A stretch of 64,000 nucleotides of DNA from Eubacteriales bacterium (GCA_030532065.1 JAUNLW010000001.1:304132-368131); one strand, 5' to 3'. Shown: positions 9,561-20,454, numbered from the stretch's first letter. Notes: generated by a model not told the origin, from the sequence alone. Program-made: numbers and translations.

Positions 9561-11828
9561 ATGTTACTGGCCCAAGTCTACCTGCAGCGTGCCACGCGGG
9601 AATTTGATCAGCTGTACAGCTATCTGGTGCCGGAGGAGTTGTCCCCTCAGCTGGCTGTCGGATCCTTGGTGAGCGTGCCCTTTGGCCGCGGCAACAGCGA
9701 GCGTCAGGCCTGGGTAGCTGCTCTGGCTGAGGCGGGTGAGAACAAATTAGCGGACCAGGATTTTACCCTTAAAAGTATTGGCAGCATTCTCGCGCCACCT
9801 CTCTTACGAGAAGATCAATTCCTCTTAGCTCAGGAAATGCGGAGACGCTATTTCTGCTCAATTTCTCAGGCTCTCAATCTCATGGCGCCACAGGTGCTTT
9901 TATCTACCGGGGCCAAGACTCAGCGTTATGCCTATCTAACAGACCCAGACGAGGCAGTGGATCTTCTGGAAGAGGGTTCTTTGCGCTCTATGGGTCAGGT
10001 GCGGGTCTTAGAGTTCCTGCTGGAAGTGGAAGAAGCCAGTTTGCAGGAAATCATGGCAGCTTGCGGTGTCAGCCGTTCGGTACTGGATACGCTGAGAAAA
10101 AAGGGCCTGATCGCAAATTACAACAAAGAGGTCGCCAGAGAAACTGTTAGCCGCGAAATAGTAGAAGCGGAGAAAAGTGTCCCCATACTCAACTCCGGTC
10201 AGGCGGAGGCTTTAGCCAGCTTACTAGAAACAAATTCCGATACAGGTAAAGCAGGCTCAGAATATCTGCTCTTTGGTGTTACCGGTTCCGGCAAGACCGA
10301 AGTTTATCTTAGAGCCGCGGAACAGGTGTTAGGCCAAGGTAAGGACGTACTAATTTTGGTCCCGGAGATATCTCTAACCCCGCTTATTTGTGATCGCATT
10401 GAGAGCCGTTTCGGACAAAACGCCGCCGTGCTGCACAGCAGATTGTCTCCCGGCGAGCGCTACGACCAATGGCAAAGTATCCGTTCAGGTCAAAAGCATT
10501 TGGTGGCCGGTGCCCGTTCGGCAGTGTTCGCGCCCTTGAAGGATATTGGCCTGATCGTGATCGATGAGGAGCAGGAAGCGTCTTACAAATCCGAGCGTAC
10601 GCCACGCTATGACAGCCTGGACGTGGCACGGATTCGCTCGCGTATGCACGGAAGCAAGTTGCTCCTGGCTTCCGCCACTCCTTCAGTAGAAAGTTATTAC
10701 CGGAGCCAGACCGGCCGCGCAAAACTCCTGACTTTATCCCAGCGCGCCGGCGGCGCCAGCCTGCCTCATTGTGAAGTAGTGGATATGAGAAAGGAGATGG
10801 CCTTTGATCCTGCTACGGTGATCAGCAGACCGCTTAAAGATGCTTTAGCAGAAACTTTCGCGCGCAAAGAACAAGCCATGATTTTCCTCAATCGTCGTGG
10901 CAACGCCAGCTTCCGGCTCTGCCAGGATTGTGGCTATATCCATAAGTGCTCTAACTGCGAAGTAAGCATGACTGACCATCTAAATCCGCACCAACCCCAG
11001 CAGCATCTTTTGATTTGCCACTACTGCGGGAAAATAGAGAAGGCACCTACTGTCTGTCCGGCCTGTGGTTCAGAGCATTTCGGCCCTTACGGTTTGGGAA
11101 CCCAACAAGCAGAACGTGTGCTGCAAGAGCTCTTCCCTGAGCAGAAGATTTTACGTATGGACCTGGATACAACCAGCGGCCGCTTCGGCCACAGCAAGAT
11201 TTTGGGAGCTTTTGCGAGAAAAGAAGCGGACCTGCTTGTGGGCACGCAGATGATTGCCAAAGGGCATGATTTTCCTGATGTAACGACTGTAGGCATTCTC
11301 GCGGCTGATCTGATGCTGGGACAGACCGATTATCTGGCTGAAGAGCGCTGCTTCCAGCTACTGGCACAAGCTGCCGGTAGAGCTGGTCGCAGAGGTCAGA
11401 CAGGCCAAGTCTTGATCCAAAGTTTCAATCCGGAAAATTTTGTGATCCAGGCGGCATTGCGCCAGGACTACCAGGCTTTCTACGAAGAAGAGATCCGTAA
11501 ACGACGTGTACTGGCATATCCGCCTTTTAGAGATCTGGGTGTAGTTACCATTTCTTCTCACAGCCAAAGCTCTGCGCGTTATGTAGCCAGGCAGTTAGAG
11601 TCCGAATTACGCTATCTGGTGGAAAAGAATAAGTTGGGCCAGCAGCTCAGCTATTTTTCAGCCCAGCCGGCTCCCATCCCCAGATTGCGTAAGCGCTGGC
11701 GCTATCGTCTTTTGCTCAAATCTCCTTCGCGCGAACTATTGACCCGTTGCCTTAATTATTTAAACCAGCTGAAAATACCAGAGCAAGTCAGCGTGGCCTG
11801 TGACATCAACCCCAAGCATTGGGCCTGA
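9561..11828 (+). CDS. priA: Primosomal protein N' (replication restart helicase)
   Basis: Walker A GVTGSGKTE, a DEEQ box, and a Cys-rich Zn region (CQDCGYxxKCSNC...CHYCG...CPACGS). The start is taken at ATG 9561 behind GGGGAGG; the ORF track's upstream extension overlaps polC. Confidence 0.92.
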   Translation: MLLAQVYLQRATREFDQLYSYLVPEELSPQLAVGSLVSVPFGRGNSERQAWVAALAEAGENKLADQDFTLKSIGSILAPPLLREDQFLLAQEMRRRYFCSISQALNLMAPQVLLSTGAKTQRYAYLTDPDEAVDLLEEGSLRSMGQVRVLEFLLEVEEASLQEIMAACGVSRSVLDTLRKKGLIANYNKEVARETVSREIVEAEKSVPILNSGQAEALASLLETNSDTGKAGSEYLLFGVTGSGKTEVYLRAAEQVLGQGKDVLILVPEISLTPLICDRIESRFGQNAAVLHSRLSPGERYDQWQSIRSGQKHLVAGARSAVFAPLKDIGLIVIDEEQEASYKSERTPRYDSLDVARIRSRMHGSKLLLASATPSVESYYRSQTGRAKLLTLSQRAGGASLPHCEVVDMRKEMAFDPATVISRPLKDALAETFARKEQAMIFLNRRGNASFRLCQDCGYIHKCSNCEVSMTDHLNPHQPQQHLLICHYCGKIEKAPTVCPACGSEHFGPYGLGTQQAERVLQELFPEQKILRMDLDTTSGRFGHSKILGAFARKEADLLVGTQMIAKGHDFPDVTTVGILAADLMLGQTDYLAEERCFQLLAQAAGRAGRRGQTGQVLIQSFNPENFVIQAALRQDYQAFYEEEIRKRRVLAYPPFRDLGVVTISSHSQSSARYVARQLESELRYLVEKNKLGQQLSYFSAQPAPIPRLRKRWRYRLLLKSPSRELLTRCLNYLNQLKIPEQVSVACDINPKHWA

Positions 11829-11993
11829 GTGTATTTACCCCTAAGTAGGGAAGGTAACTTATGTTAAAATAAAGCTCATCTTAGCTCATCTCAATGAGCT
11901 ATAGTAAATAAGAGCAAGTTTATTTAAACCGCTGGGCAATAGCTCTGCATCTTTGGCAGGGTACCCGCACTTATATAGAAAGCAGTATCATCT

Positions 11994-12533
11994 ATGGCAT
12001 TAAGAAAAGTATTCCAAGAAGGGGAGGATATCCTCCGCAAAAAAGCACGCCCGGTAGAAAGATTTGATGATCGTCTGGCCGAATTGGCACAAGACATGTT
12101 AGAAACCATGAAAGAAGAGAATGGCGTAGGTTTGGCGGCTACTCAGGTTGGCATCTTAAAACAGATGTTCGTGATGAACCTGGGAGATGAAGTGCCGGAG
12201 GAACTGCAGGGAGATTTTGTGATTGTAAACCCTAAGATCAGTAACACTGCAGGGGAGCAGGAATTAATTGAAGGCTGCCTCTCTTTGCCTGGCCTCTACG
12301 CACATGTAAAACGTCCTGAAAAGTTGACCCTGCACTACCAGGACTTGGAAGGCAAGGAACACGAGATGGACTTATCCGGTTTCCCGGCAGTTTGTGTTTG
12401 TCACGAAACTGACCATCTCCATGGCATCCTCTTCCGCGATAAAGCCTCAGAACCTCTCTTCCGCCTGGATGCGGAAGGAAGACCGCAAACAGCCAAAGTA
12501 GCACAGGTGCAAGATGATGGATCAGAGATCTAG
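11994..12533 (+). CDS. def: Peptide deformylase
   Basis: GVGLAATQ, EGCLSLPG and HETDHLHG metal-binding motifs. def-fmt pairing. Confidence 0.93.
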   Translation: MALRKVFQEGEDILRKKARPVERFDDRLAELAQDMLETMKEENGVGLAATQVGILKQMFVMNLGDEVPEELQGDFVIVNPKISNTAGEQELIEGCLSLPGLYAHVKRPEKLTLHYQDLEGKEHEMDLSGFPAVCVCHETDHLHGILFRDKASEPLFRLDAEGRPQTAKVAQVQDDGSEI

Positions 12534-13551
12534 TTCCCAGCCTATAGAACTGTCTTTCTCCTCGCCAGCGCAACTGTCCAGCTACGACTTCAGGCCGGCC
12601 ACTGAGGAAGATAAAACCAAGCGAGTCCTGTATTTTGGTTCGCCGGAATTTTCCCTGCCACCACTGAGACTTTTACACGAGCAGGGCTACAAGCTGGTGG
12701 GGGTAGTTACTCAACCTGACCGACCTGTAGGTCGCAAGCAGGTCCTAACGCCCACACCAACCAAGGCTTTGGCCGAAGACCTGGGTTTAAATGTCTACCA
12801 GTGGGCAAAACTAAACGAAGATGGTGTAAGGGAAGAACTGGAAGCGCTTAAACCAGATCTGATCGTAACCTCCGCCTATGGTAATCTCTTACCGAAGTGG
12901 CTTTTAGATTTACCGACTTTTGGCCCGCTCAATATCCATCCTTCGCTCCTGCCCAACTGGCGGGGCGCTTCACCGATCGCTTCTAGCCTTTTGGCGGGTG
13001 ATCGGGAAACAGCATTGTCCATCATCAAAATGGGTGTAGGCTTAGACGATGGTGATATTGTAGCTTCCTGCCGTTATCCAATCAGTGATGAGGAAGACCA
13101 GGAAAGCCTTAGCCGTGAACTGGCCGAGCTGTCAGCAGAACTCTTATTGGCAATCTTGCCCTACTGGTATGCCGGGGAATTAAAGTTGACCAAACAGAGT
13201 GAAGCCGAGGCTACTTACGCCAAGAAACTGACACGAGAAGATGGACTATTAGACTTCCAACACTCAGCGCGCGCCAATTTCAATAGGGTGCGTGCTCTTT
13301 ATCCCTGGCCAGGCGCCTATACCTATTACGACGGAAAACGCTACAAGGTTTACCGTGCTCACGTGGAGGATAAGGCCCACAGTCATAAACCGGGAGAAGT
13401 TGTCCGTGCGGACGATCGGCTTTTAGTAGCCTGTTCGGATGGACTTCTCAGCCTGGACTTAATCCAAGGACCCAATGGTAAAAAAGTTGCTGGCAGTGAT
13501 TGTTATCACAATTTCGCGCCGGGAAACTGCTTTGGATCCAACCAGCTCTAG
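12514..13551 (+). CDS. fmt: Methionyl-tRNA formyltransferase (with about 35 aa of N-terminal extension if the first ATG is used)
   Basis: Contains FGSPEFSLPPL, QPDRPVGRKQ and IHPSLLPNWRGASPI. The ORF overlaps the def stop. Confidence 0.9.
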   Translation: MMDQRSSSQPIELSFSSPAQLSSYDFRPATEEDKTKRVLYFGSPEFSLPPLRLLHEQGYKLVGVVTQPDRPVGRKQVLTPTPTKALAEDLGLNVYQWAKLNEDGVREELEALKPDLIVTSAYGNLLPKWLLDLPTFGPLNIHPSLLPNWRGASPIASSLLAGDRETALSIIKMGVGLDDGDIVASCRYPISDEEDQESLSRELAELSAELLLAILPYWYAGELKLTKQSEAEATYAKKLTREDGLLDFQHSARANFNRVRALYPWPGAYTYYDGKRYKVYRAHVEDKAHSHKPGEVVRADDRLLVACSDGLLSLDLIQGPNGKKVAGSDCYHNFAPGNCFGSNQL

Positions 13552-13572
13552 CTTGCGAAAGGAGCGATCACA

Positions 13573-14289
13573 ATGGAACTGTTATCACTAGCCTTCATCT
13601 ACATGGATCGTTGGTACTTTATCCTTATCGTGCCCTGTATTTTACTAAGTTTTCTGGCTCAATTCAGAGTGCGTTCGGCCTTTAGTAAATTCAGTGGAGT
13701 GCAGAACCGTCGTGGTATTACCGGAGCGGAAGCCGCTCATAATATTCTGTCCAGTGAAGGAATCTATAACGTAAAAATAGAACCGGTTAGAGGTGATTTA
13801 ACCGATCACTACGATCCCAAAAATGAGATCTTGCGCCTTTCAGAACCTGTTTATAACAAAACTACTATTGCCGCTTTGGGCGTAGCAGCTCACGAGGCGG
13901 GACACGCCATCCAGCACGCCAGCGACTATAGCCCCATGAAGTGGCGCCAGGCTATGTATCCACTGGCGGGTGTTGGCTCCGGAGCCGGCCCCTACCTTGC
14001 CATCTTCGGCCTCATCCTGCAACACGATACGCTGTTTAAAGTAGGAATCTTGCTCTACTCTGTGGCGGTACTGTTCTACTTCGTTACTCTGCCGGTAGAG
14101 TTTAATGCTTCTAAGCGGGCTCTGGCAATCTTGGAGCAGGGAAATTACCTGACTACCGCAGAGGAAGTAAATGGCGCGCGCCATGTTTTGCAGGCAGCCG
14201 CCATGACCTATGTCGCTTCAGCCGCCACGGCCTTTGCCAGTATGCTCCGCCTGATTTTACTTAATAATGACAGCAGGAAGAATGGCTAA
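13573..14289 (+). CDS. Membrane zinc metallopeptidase, YugP-like (Zn_peptidase_2 type)
   Basis: An N-terminal TM helix, an HEAGHAIQH zinc motif and C-terminal TM helices. This gene commonly sits between fmt and rsmB in Clostridia. Confidence 0.75.
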   Translation: MELLSLAFIYMDRWYFILIVPCILLSFLAQFRVRSAFSKFSGVQNRRGITGAEAAHNILSSEGIYNVKIEPVRGDLTDHYDPKNEILRLSEPVYNKTTIAALGVAAHEAGHAIQHASDYSPMKWRQAMYPLAGVGSGAGPYLAIFGLILQHDTLFKVGILLYSVAVLFYFVTLPVEFNASKRALAILEQGNYLTTAEEVNGARHVLQAAAMTYVASAATAFASMLRLILLNNDSRKNG

Positions 14290-15679
14290 GGTTGATCCGG
14301 CAAGATTAGCTGCGCTAAAAGCCGTCCATCAGGTTATCCAACAGGAGGCTTTTTCTAACGAAGTCATTGAGAAAAGCGCAGATTTTAAGCAACTTGACCC
14401 TCAGGAGCGAGCTTTTGCCAGCGCTTTAGTTTACGGTGCCTTAAATAGACGACTTGCCTTGGACAAAATCATCGCAGACCAGGCAAGCCGTCCCTTGAAT
14501 AAAATAAATCCTCTAGTCTTGAACATTCTGCGCTTGGGCGTCTGGCAGTTGCTCTATTCATATTCTGTGCCTACTTTCGCGGCCGTCGATGAAACGGTCA
14601 AACTTTGCGCTGCCAGTGGGCGCAAGTCGGCCAAGCCTTTCGTCAATGCCGTGCTGCGTAATATTGAACCGGAGAAAATCCGCTGGCGTACTAAAGACAA
14701 GGGTATAGAACTGGGCCTCGGCAACGAACTGTTCGGACTTTTCCGCAAATGGTATGGAGAACCGGTAGCCATAGACCTGGGAAATTACTTTCTACGCGAT
14801 GACTTTGACTTAAGTCTGAGAGTTAATACCCGCAAGACAGGCAGCGCAGAACTCAAACAAAAATTGGAAAGTGAAGGCGCACTGGTAGAGGAAGGACATT
14901 ATTTTCCCGCCGCCCTGCGCCTTAAAGTTCAGGACTTAAGGCTGGACGAACTCGCAAGCTTCCAGCAAGGACTATTTATGGTCCAGGCTGAGGCAGCTCA
15001 AGCCGTGGGCGCGGTGTCTTTGGCAGAAGACTGTCGGAGCATTATCGATCTTTGCGCGGCCCCTGGCGGCAAGTCCTGTGATATTGCTATGCGTATGCCG
15101 CCGGGAGCCAGGTTACTGGCTCTGGATCTTAGTCCTGAGCGCCTGGAACTAGCCAAGGTCAATGCCGAGCGCTTGGGCTTTAAGTTAGACTTTGCCAGCC
15201 AGGACGCCACTGATCCTGCTTATCCCACAAAGCTTAAACAGCGTTATGGTTACCTGGCTCAAGGCGCTGACCTGATTCTTCTGGATGTGCCTTGCTCTGG
15301 CCTGGGGCTCTTAGCTCGCAAGCCGGAACTGCGCTGGCGTGTAGGTTATGAGGATTTACTCCGTTTTCCGCCCTTGCAGAGGGAGATGCTGCGTTTAGCG
15401 GCTCAAATGACCAGACCGGGTTCTCGCCTGATTTATTCAACCTGTACATTAAACCCGGCAGAGAATGACGAACTGGTGGCAGAATTCTTAGCTGGGCCGG
15501 AAGGTCAGGTATTTGTGAGAGAAGATATTCGCCCGCGCCTGCCGCGAAAGTTGCTTCATACCTTGGAAGAAGACGCGAATCTGGCTGAACTTCTGGCTCA
15601 GGGTTATCTCTTATTCCGCCCGGATATAACTGGTGGGGACGGTTTTTTCATTTGTTCACTCTTAAGGAGCGCTGATTAA
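14282..15679 (+). CDS. rsmB: 16S rRNA (cytosine967-C5)-methyltransferase
   Basis: NusB-like N-terminal domain, the SAM motif DLCAAPGGKS, and catalytic DVPCSGLG and YSTCT motifs. The start is taken at the internal ATG behind a purine-rich stretch. Confidence 0.9.
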   Translation: MAKVDPARLAALKAVHQVIQQEAFSNEVIEKSADFKQLDPQERAFASALVYGALNRRLALDKIIADQASRPLNKINPLVLNILRLGVWQLLYSYSVPTFAAVDETVKLCAASGRKSAKPFVNAVLRNIEPEKIRWRTKDKGIELGLGNELFGLFRKWYGEPVAIDLGNYFLRDDFDLSLRVNTRKTGSAELKQKLESEGALVEEGHYFPAALRLKVQDLRLDELASFQQGLFMVQAEAAQAVGAVSLAEDCRSIIDLCAAPGGKSCDIAMRMPPGARLLALDLSPERLELAKVNAERLGFKLDFASQDATDPAYPTKLKQRYGYLAQGADLILLDVPCSGLGLLARKPELRWRVGYEDLLRFPPLQREMLRLAAQMTRPGSRLIYSTCTLNPAENDELVAEFLAGPEGQVFVREDIRPRLPRKLLHTLEEDANLAELLAQGYLLFRPDITGGDGFFICSLLRSAD

Positions 15680-15680
15680 T

Positions 15681-16730
15681 ATGTTGCCTGATTTTTTAGA
15701 CCTGGAAACTGCAGATCTGGAAGCCCTGGTGGCAGAACTTGACCTGCCTGAATTTCGTGCCAAACAGCTTAAAGAAGGTCAATTTCGCGCGATAAGCAGC
15801 TTTGATGAATTGACCAATCTGCCTAAGAAACTTCGAGCGTATTTGAACGAGCATTACTTTCCCGGTTTGCCGGAGATCCAGAATAAACTGATTTCTGATG
15901 ACGGACTCAGCCAAAAACTGGTCTTGGCCTACCCTGACGGCGAAGTGATTGAGGCAGTTATCATGGAGCAAAGCTATGGCCATTCTCTCTGCCTGTCCAG
16001 CCAGGTAGGCTGCACCATGGGCTGTCGCTTTTGCGCTTCTACCGGTCTGGCAAAAGCCCGTAATTTAAGCCGCGGTGAGCTGCTGGGTCAATTCTTGCTG
16101 GCTGAGCAACTGATAGCGCCAGCCAAAATTACCAATTTGGACCTTATGGGCATCGGTGAACCGCTGGACAACTACGACGAGGTTCTGGCCTTTATCCGAC
16201 GTCTGGTTGATCCAGATCATCGCAACTTCAGCGCGCGCAAAATATGCTTGTCAACCTGTGGTCTGGTGCCCCAGATCAAGCGCTTAGCCAAAGAAGGGCT
16301 GCCCCTGACCCTGACGATTTCACTACATGCGCCCTGGCAAGAACTCAGATCCGAGATTATGCCGATCAGCCGAGCTTACCCCCTAAACGAGCTGATGGAA
16401 GCGGCTAACTACTACTTTGAGCAGACTGGACGTCGAGTGAGCTTTGAATATGCCTTGTTCGCTGGTGTGAATGACAGCCCGGAGGCCGCGCGGGCTCTGG
16501 CCCAACTTTTGCATGGACTAAACTGCCATGTAAATTTGATACCTGCTAATCCGGTACCTGGTACTGATTTTCAGTCTGTGGGCAGGGAAGGCGCGGAAAA
16601 ATTTCTAGCTATTTTGACCCACAAGGGAATCAACGCAACTTTGCGCAGGTCTTTTGGCAAGGATATTCAAGCTGCCTGTGGTCAGCTCAGGCGCTCGAGC
16701 TTACTTGAAGACCAGGGCTACTGGTGTTAG
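15681..16730 (+). CDS. rlmN: 23S rRNA/tRNA (adenine-C2)-methyltransferase, radical SAM
   Basis: The CTMGCRFC radical-SAM cluster, GIGEPLDNY, and a C-terminal GxDIxAACGQL. Confidence 0.93.
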   Translation: MLPDFLDLETADLEALVAELDLPEFRAKQLKEGQFRAISSFDELTNLPKKLRAYLNEHYFPGLPEIQNKLISDDGLSQKLVLAYPDGEVIEAVIMEQSYGHSLCLSSQVGCTMGCRFCASTGLAKARNLSRGELLGQFLLAEQLIAPAKITNLDLMGIGEPLDNYDEVLAFIRRLVDPDHRNFSARKICLSTCGLVPQIKRLAKEGLPLTLTISLHAPWQELRSEIMPISRAYPLNELMEAANYYFEQTGRRVSFEYALFAGVNDSPEAARALAQLLHGLNCHVNLIPANPVPGTDFQSVGREGAEKFLAILTHKGINATLRRSFGKDIQAACGQLRRSSLLEDQGYWC

Positions 16731-16757
16731 AATTGATACTTACTAAGTCTTTATTTT

Positions 16758-17543
16758 ATGCATTTTGCCCCAGGTATTAATGCAGGAGCGGATGAAGTGA
16801 CGAAAAAGGTGGACTACGCCATAAAAAGTGAACGTGGTCTCGTCAGAGACAAGAACGAGGACAGCTATGCCTGCTATGTAGCAGAAGAAGGCTGGCCGTT
16901 AGCTTTTATTGTGGCTGACGGTATCGGTGGCCATTCAAAAGGTGAGCTGGCCAGTAAAGTCGCGGCTGATTATTGTCAGGAGCGGCTCTCATCTGATCTC
17001 GGCAAGACCGAACAGGCAGAGGTGGTAGAAGCTTTAGTCCTGGACACCATGCAGAAGGCCAATATTGAGGTTTATCTAAAATCTCTTGAAGATCAGGCAA
17101 ACTCCGGCATGGGCACGACTCTTACCCTGACTGTTTTTTATCCTGGTGCCTGTTATTTAGGTCACATCGGTGATTCGCGTTGTTATATCATGCGTAAGGG
17201 CATTCTGGAAAAGATCTCCCGTGACCATACTCTAGTACAGGAAATGCAAGACGCCGGTACGCTAACCCCGGAAGAAGGCTCAATGCACCCCAAACGTCAT
17301 ATCTTGACACAAGCTCTAGGCGTGCCCAAATATCTCAGTCCCGAAGTGTTGCGCCTGGAAATAAAGAAGGGCGACCGCTTTTTGCTTTGCAGCGACGGCT
17401 TGCATGGTTACGTGGCGGAATATTTGATCGCTGATTGCCTGCGAAAAGCTAAGTCAGCTGAGGCTTGTACCGATGAGCTGGTTCGCCTCGCCATGGAAGC
17501 AGGCGGCTTAGATAATGTAACCGTAGCAGCCATTTTCTTGTAA
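16758..17543 (+). CDS. stp: PP2C-family Ser/Thr protein phosphatase
   Basis: RDKNEDS, VADGIGGH, LCSDGL and GGLDNVT motifs, immediately upstream of the PASTA kinase. The true start may be the in-frame GTG near 16797. Confidence 0.88.
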   Translation: MHFAPGINAGADEVTKKVDYAIKSERGLVRDKNEDSYACYVAEEGWPLAFIVADGIGGHSKGELASKVAADYCQERLSSDLGKTEQAEVVEALVLDTMQKANIEVYLKSLEDQANSGMGTTLTLTVFYPGACYLGHIGDSRCYIMRKGILEKISRDHTLVQEMQDAGTLTPEEGSMHPKRHILTQALGVPKYLSPEVLRLEIKKGDRFLLCSDGLHGYVAEYLIADCLRKAKSAEACTDELVRLAMEAGGLDNVTVAAIFL

Positions 17544-17556
17544 GGAGCAGCCAGAG

Positions 17557-19557
17557 ATGCAGCCTGAGCGTACACATATTAGCAAGGGATTCATCGTAGA
17601 TGGTCGCTATGAGGTCGTTGAAGGCTTGGGACAAGGCGGTATGGCCTATGTTTACCTGGCTGTTGACCGTTCTAACGGTAGAAAAGTCGCCCTGAAAGTC
17701 ATGCGCGAAGAACTCTCGGATGACCCAGAATTTATCATGCGCTTTGCTACGGAAGCCAGAGCGGCAGCCAGCCTTGACCACCCAAATATTGTGCGTGTTC
17801 TGGATTATGGACAAGACGGAGATATTCGCTATATAGTCCAGGAATATGTGGCTGGTACTAATCTCAAAACTCTAATTCAGGAAAAAGGCCCCCTTCCATG
17901 GACCTTGGCTCTACCACTCATGGTGCAGATTGCCCTGGGTCTTGATCATGCTCATAAAAGAGGCATCATCCACCGAGACATGAAGCCGCAAAATGTACTG
18001 ATCACACCGGATATGACCGCCAAGGTCACGGATTTCGGTATCGCCAGAGCCAGCATTTCCAATACTATTACCTTGACTGGAGGGATAGCCTTCGGCTCGG
18101 TACATTACTTCTCGCCGGAACAGGCCCGTGGCAGTCAGGTAACTGAACGCTCTGACTTGTATTCTCTGGGGCTCATGCTCTATGAGATGCTGACAGGTAT
18201 ACTGCCCTTCGATGGCGATTCATCTGTTGCCGTGGCTATAAAGCAATTACAGGATATGCCGGCAAGACCCAGCAAAGTCAACCCCCAGCTCAATCCTGCT
18301 CTGGATTCTATTATTTTTAAGGCCATTCAAAAAAGTCCGGAACGACGTTTCCAGTCAGCCCGTGAATTCGCGGATGAGCTGAATTTCTTTATGCGTGATC
18401 CACAAGCCTATCTCATGGCTAATCCACCGCAAGTGCAGAACTGGTCGGACTCATCGGCCGCTCTTACTACTGACCGTGGTACTTCCAATTACGGCAAGAT
18501 TGAAGACATTGAGCGCAATTTGGAAAAGAGAAGACGCAGCAGAGTAAGAGATAACATCCTGGTTGCCCTGGTAGTTATCGTGGCTGTCTTGGGCGGTGTT
18601 TACTTATTAGCCAACTCCTTGAAGGACTTTAGTTTTATCCCACTGCAAACAGACTCGGATCAAATCGTGGTGGAACGCTATGTGGGCGAGAATGTTGCCG
18701 ATGTTGAGCCGCGCTTGCGTGAGATCTATGGTGATAACTATGAGTTGGAAGCCGTGCGCTCAGAAACGCAGGAAAAGGGCGTTATTTTTGCTCAAGACCC
18801 CAACTACGGCACGAAGTTAGACCCGGACGAAGCTTTTATCAAGCTGCGCTATTCAGTCGGTAAAAGCGAGCTGGCACTTGATGATGTCAGTGGCTTAACG
18901 GAAGCCGATGCCAAGTCTCATCTGGAAAAACTCGGCTTTAACGTTTCGACCCGCTATGAATTTTCTGACTCCGTCGAGTCAGGCAAGGTCTCTCGTACCA
19001 TACCGCCGGCCGGAGCTACCACCTATGATGGAGCTCGCGTGGAGATTTATGTCTCCAAAGGCAGCGATCTGGTCACCCTGCCACCTATGGTTGGCCTGCC
19101 TTGGACAGAAGCGGAAAAAACACTCAAAAATTTAGGCCTCAACTTGCGTGCGCAAAATGCCGAAGGTGAAGACGCTGATGATATCCCTATCCCAGTGCGT
19201 GTAGTCTTCAGCCAGGATGTAGACGCGGGTGAGACTCTTAAACAAGGCAACACCATACTACTGGAGTATTCTTCCAAAGAATTCTATGAATCCGGCGGCA
19301 AATCTAAAGCCGGTAAGAAGGGCGAAGCCGGTGCCAAGGTCATGCCTGATCTCCGAGGTAAAACTCTGGAGGAGATGAACCGCATCATGTCAGCGATCTG
19401 GCCCTCAGATGCTCCCGGTTATTATGTGTCCTCTATTGGTCGAGCCAACTCAACTTCCGACCCCGGTGTAGTGGTACTGGAACAGACTCCTGCCCCCGGA
19501 TCGCCACTCGATCCTTATTCCACATCCGTTTCTATCTATATGGGTTACGAGAATTAG
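17557..19557 (+). CDS. prkC: Ser/Thr protein kinase with transmembrane segment and extracellular PASTA repeats
   Basis: Hanks kinase motifs (GQGGMAYVY, VALK, HRDMKPQN, DFGIA, SPEQ), a TM helix (ILVALVVIVAVLGGVYLL), then repeated PASTA-like modules. Confidence 0.92.
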   Translation: MQPERTHISKGFIVDGRYEVVEGLGQGGMAYVYLAVDRSNGRKVALKVMREELSDDPEFIMRFATEARAAASLDHPNIVRVLDYGQDGDIRYIVQEYVAGTNLKTLIQEKGPLPWTLALPLMVQIALGLDHAHKRGIIHRDMKPQNVLITPDMTAKVTDFGIARASISNTITLTGGIAFGSVHYFSPEQARGSQVTERSDLYSLGLMLYEMLTGILPFDGDSSVAVAIKQLQDMPARPSKVNPQLNPALDSIIFKAIQKSPERRFQSAREFADELNFFMRDPQAYLMANPPQVQNWSDSSAALTTDRGTSNYGKIEDIERNLEKRRRSRVRDNILVALVVIVAVLGGVYLLANSLKDFSFIPLQTDSDQIVVERYVGENVADVEPRLREIYGDNYELEAVRSETQEKGVIFAQDPNYGTKLDPDEAFIKLRYSVGKSELALDDVSGLTEADAKSHLEKLGFNVSTRYEFSDSVESGKVSRTIPPAGATTYDGARVEIYVSKGSDLVTLPPMVGLPWTEAEKTLKNLGLNLRAQNAEGEDADDIPIPVRVVFSQDVDAGETLKQGNTILLEYSSKEFYESGGKSKAGKKGEAGAKVMPDLRGKTLEEMNRIMSAIWPSDAPGYYVSSIGRANSTSDPGVVVLEQTPAPGSPLDPYSTSVSIYMGYEN

Positions 19558-19566
19558 AGGTAGTTT

Positions 19567-20454
19567 GTGCCTGGTGATCATGCAAGAATTTTGCGAGGCG
19601 TAGCGGGAGTTTACCTGCTACATAATCCGGAAACAGGCTTTAAGGGTAAAGCTAAGCCCCGCGGACTTTTCCGCAAATTTGATCAAAGCCCCTTACCGGG
19701 AGACCTGGTAGAGTACGAAAGTTCCGATGACCCCAGCATTCCCTGGGTCATAACTAGTATATTGGAACGCAAAAATGAGCTAAGACGGCCACCTTTGGCC
19801 AATCTCGATAAATTATTCCTCACAGCTGCGGCGGAGTTACCGCGCGCAGATTACCATTATCTTGACCGCATGCTGGCTTGCTGCCTGTTTGAAGGCATAG
19901 AGCCTATCTTGCTTCTCACAAAATGTGATCTGCCTGGTACAGAGGAGGCCATTGATTACTTTAAGGCCTACTATGGACCGGCCGGCTTTACTTATTACCT
20001 AGTCTCTTTAGAGGATGACGCGATCTTGCCGCATTTGCGCGAACATATCCGCGGTAATTTAGTAGCCTTTGCGGGGCAAAGCGGCGTGGGTAAGTCTACG
20101 TTGATGAACCGACTCCTGGGTAACGTACATTTGGAGACTGGCGCTATTTCCCAGCAGGGAGGCAGAGGCCGGCAGACCACGCGTTCTACAGAGATCTACG
20201 CTGTGGATGACGGCTACCTGGCAGATACACCTGGTTTCCAGAGCCTCAATATCGAAACTCTGGACCTGGAAGGACCAGACCTGCTCCTGGCCTATCCGGA
20301 ACTGCGGGCAATCCAGCAAGAATGTCGTTTTGCTGATTGCCATCATTTAGGTGAGTTGGGCTGCGCCGTGGATCAGGCCAGAATCCACCCGGACCGCCTG
20401 GAGATCTACCGCAAATTAAGGCGTGATCTGGATGAGTACGACAAATACAGATAG
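19567..20454 (+). CDS. rsgA: Ribosome small-subunit-dependent GTPase A
   Basis: Circularly permuted GTPase with TKCDL, then GQSGVGKSTL and DTPGF, plus the C-terminal Zn motif CRFADCHHLGELGCAV. GTG start. Confidence 0.9.
   Translation: MPGDHARILRGVAGVYLLHNPETGFKGKAKPRGLFRKFDQSPLPGDLVEYESSDDPSIPWVITSILERKNELRRPPLANLDKLFLTAAAELPRADYHYLDRMLACCLFEGIEPILLLTKCDLPGTEEAIDYFKAYYGPAGFTYYLVSLEDDAILPHLREHIRGNLVAFAGQSGVGKSTLMNRLLGNVHLETGAISQQGGRGRQTTRSTEIYAVDDGYLADTPGFQSLNIETLDLEGPDLLLAYPELRAIQQECRFADCHHLGELGCAVDQARIHPDRLEIYRKLRRDLDEYDKYR

Noticed and set aside
12514-12620. Ser/Gln-rich N-terminal extension of about 35 aa on Fmt as a novel domain
   Set aside because: It is low-complexity, short and overlaps the def stop region. 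It may simply reflect use of the first available ATG, because no alternative start lies closer to the conserved FGSPEF motif. There is not enough evidence for a functional claim.
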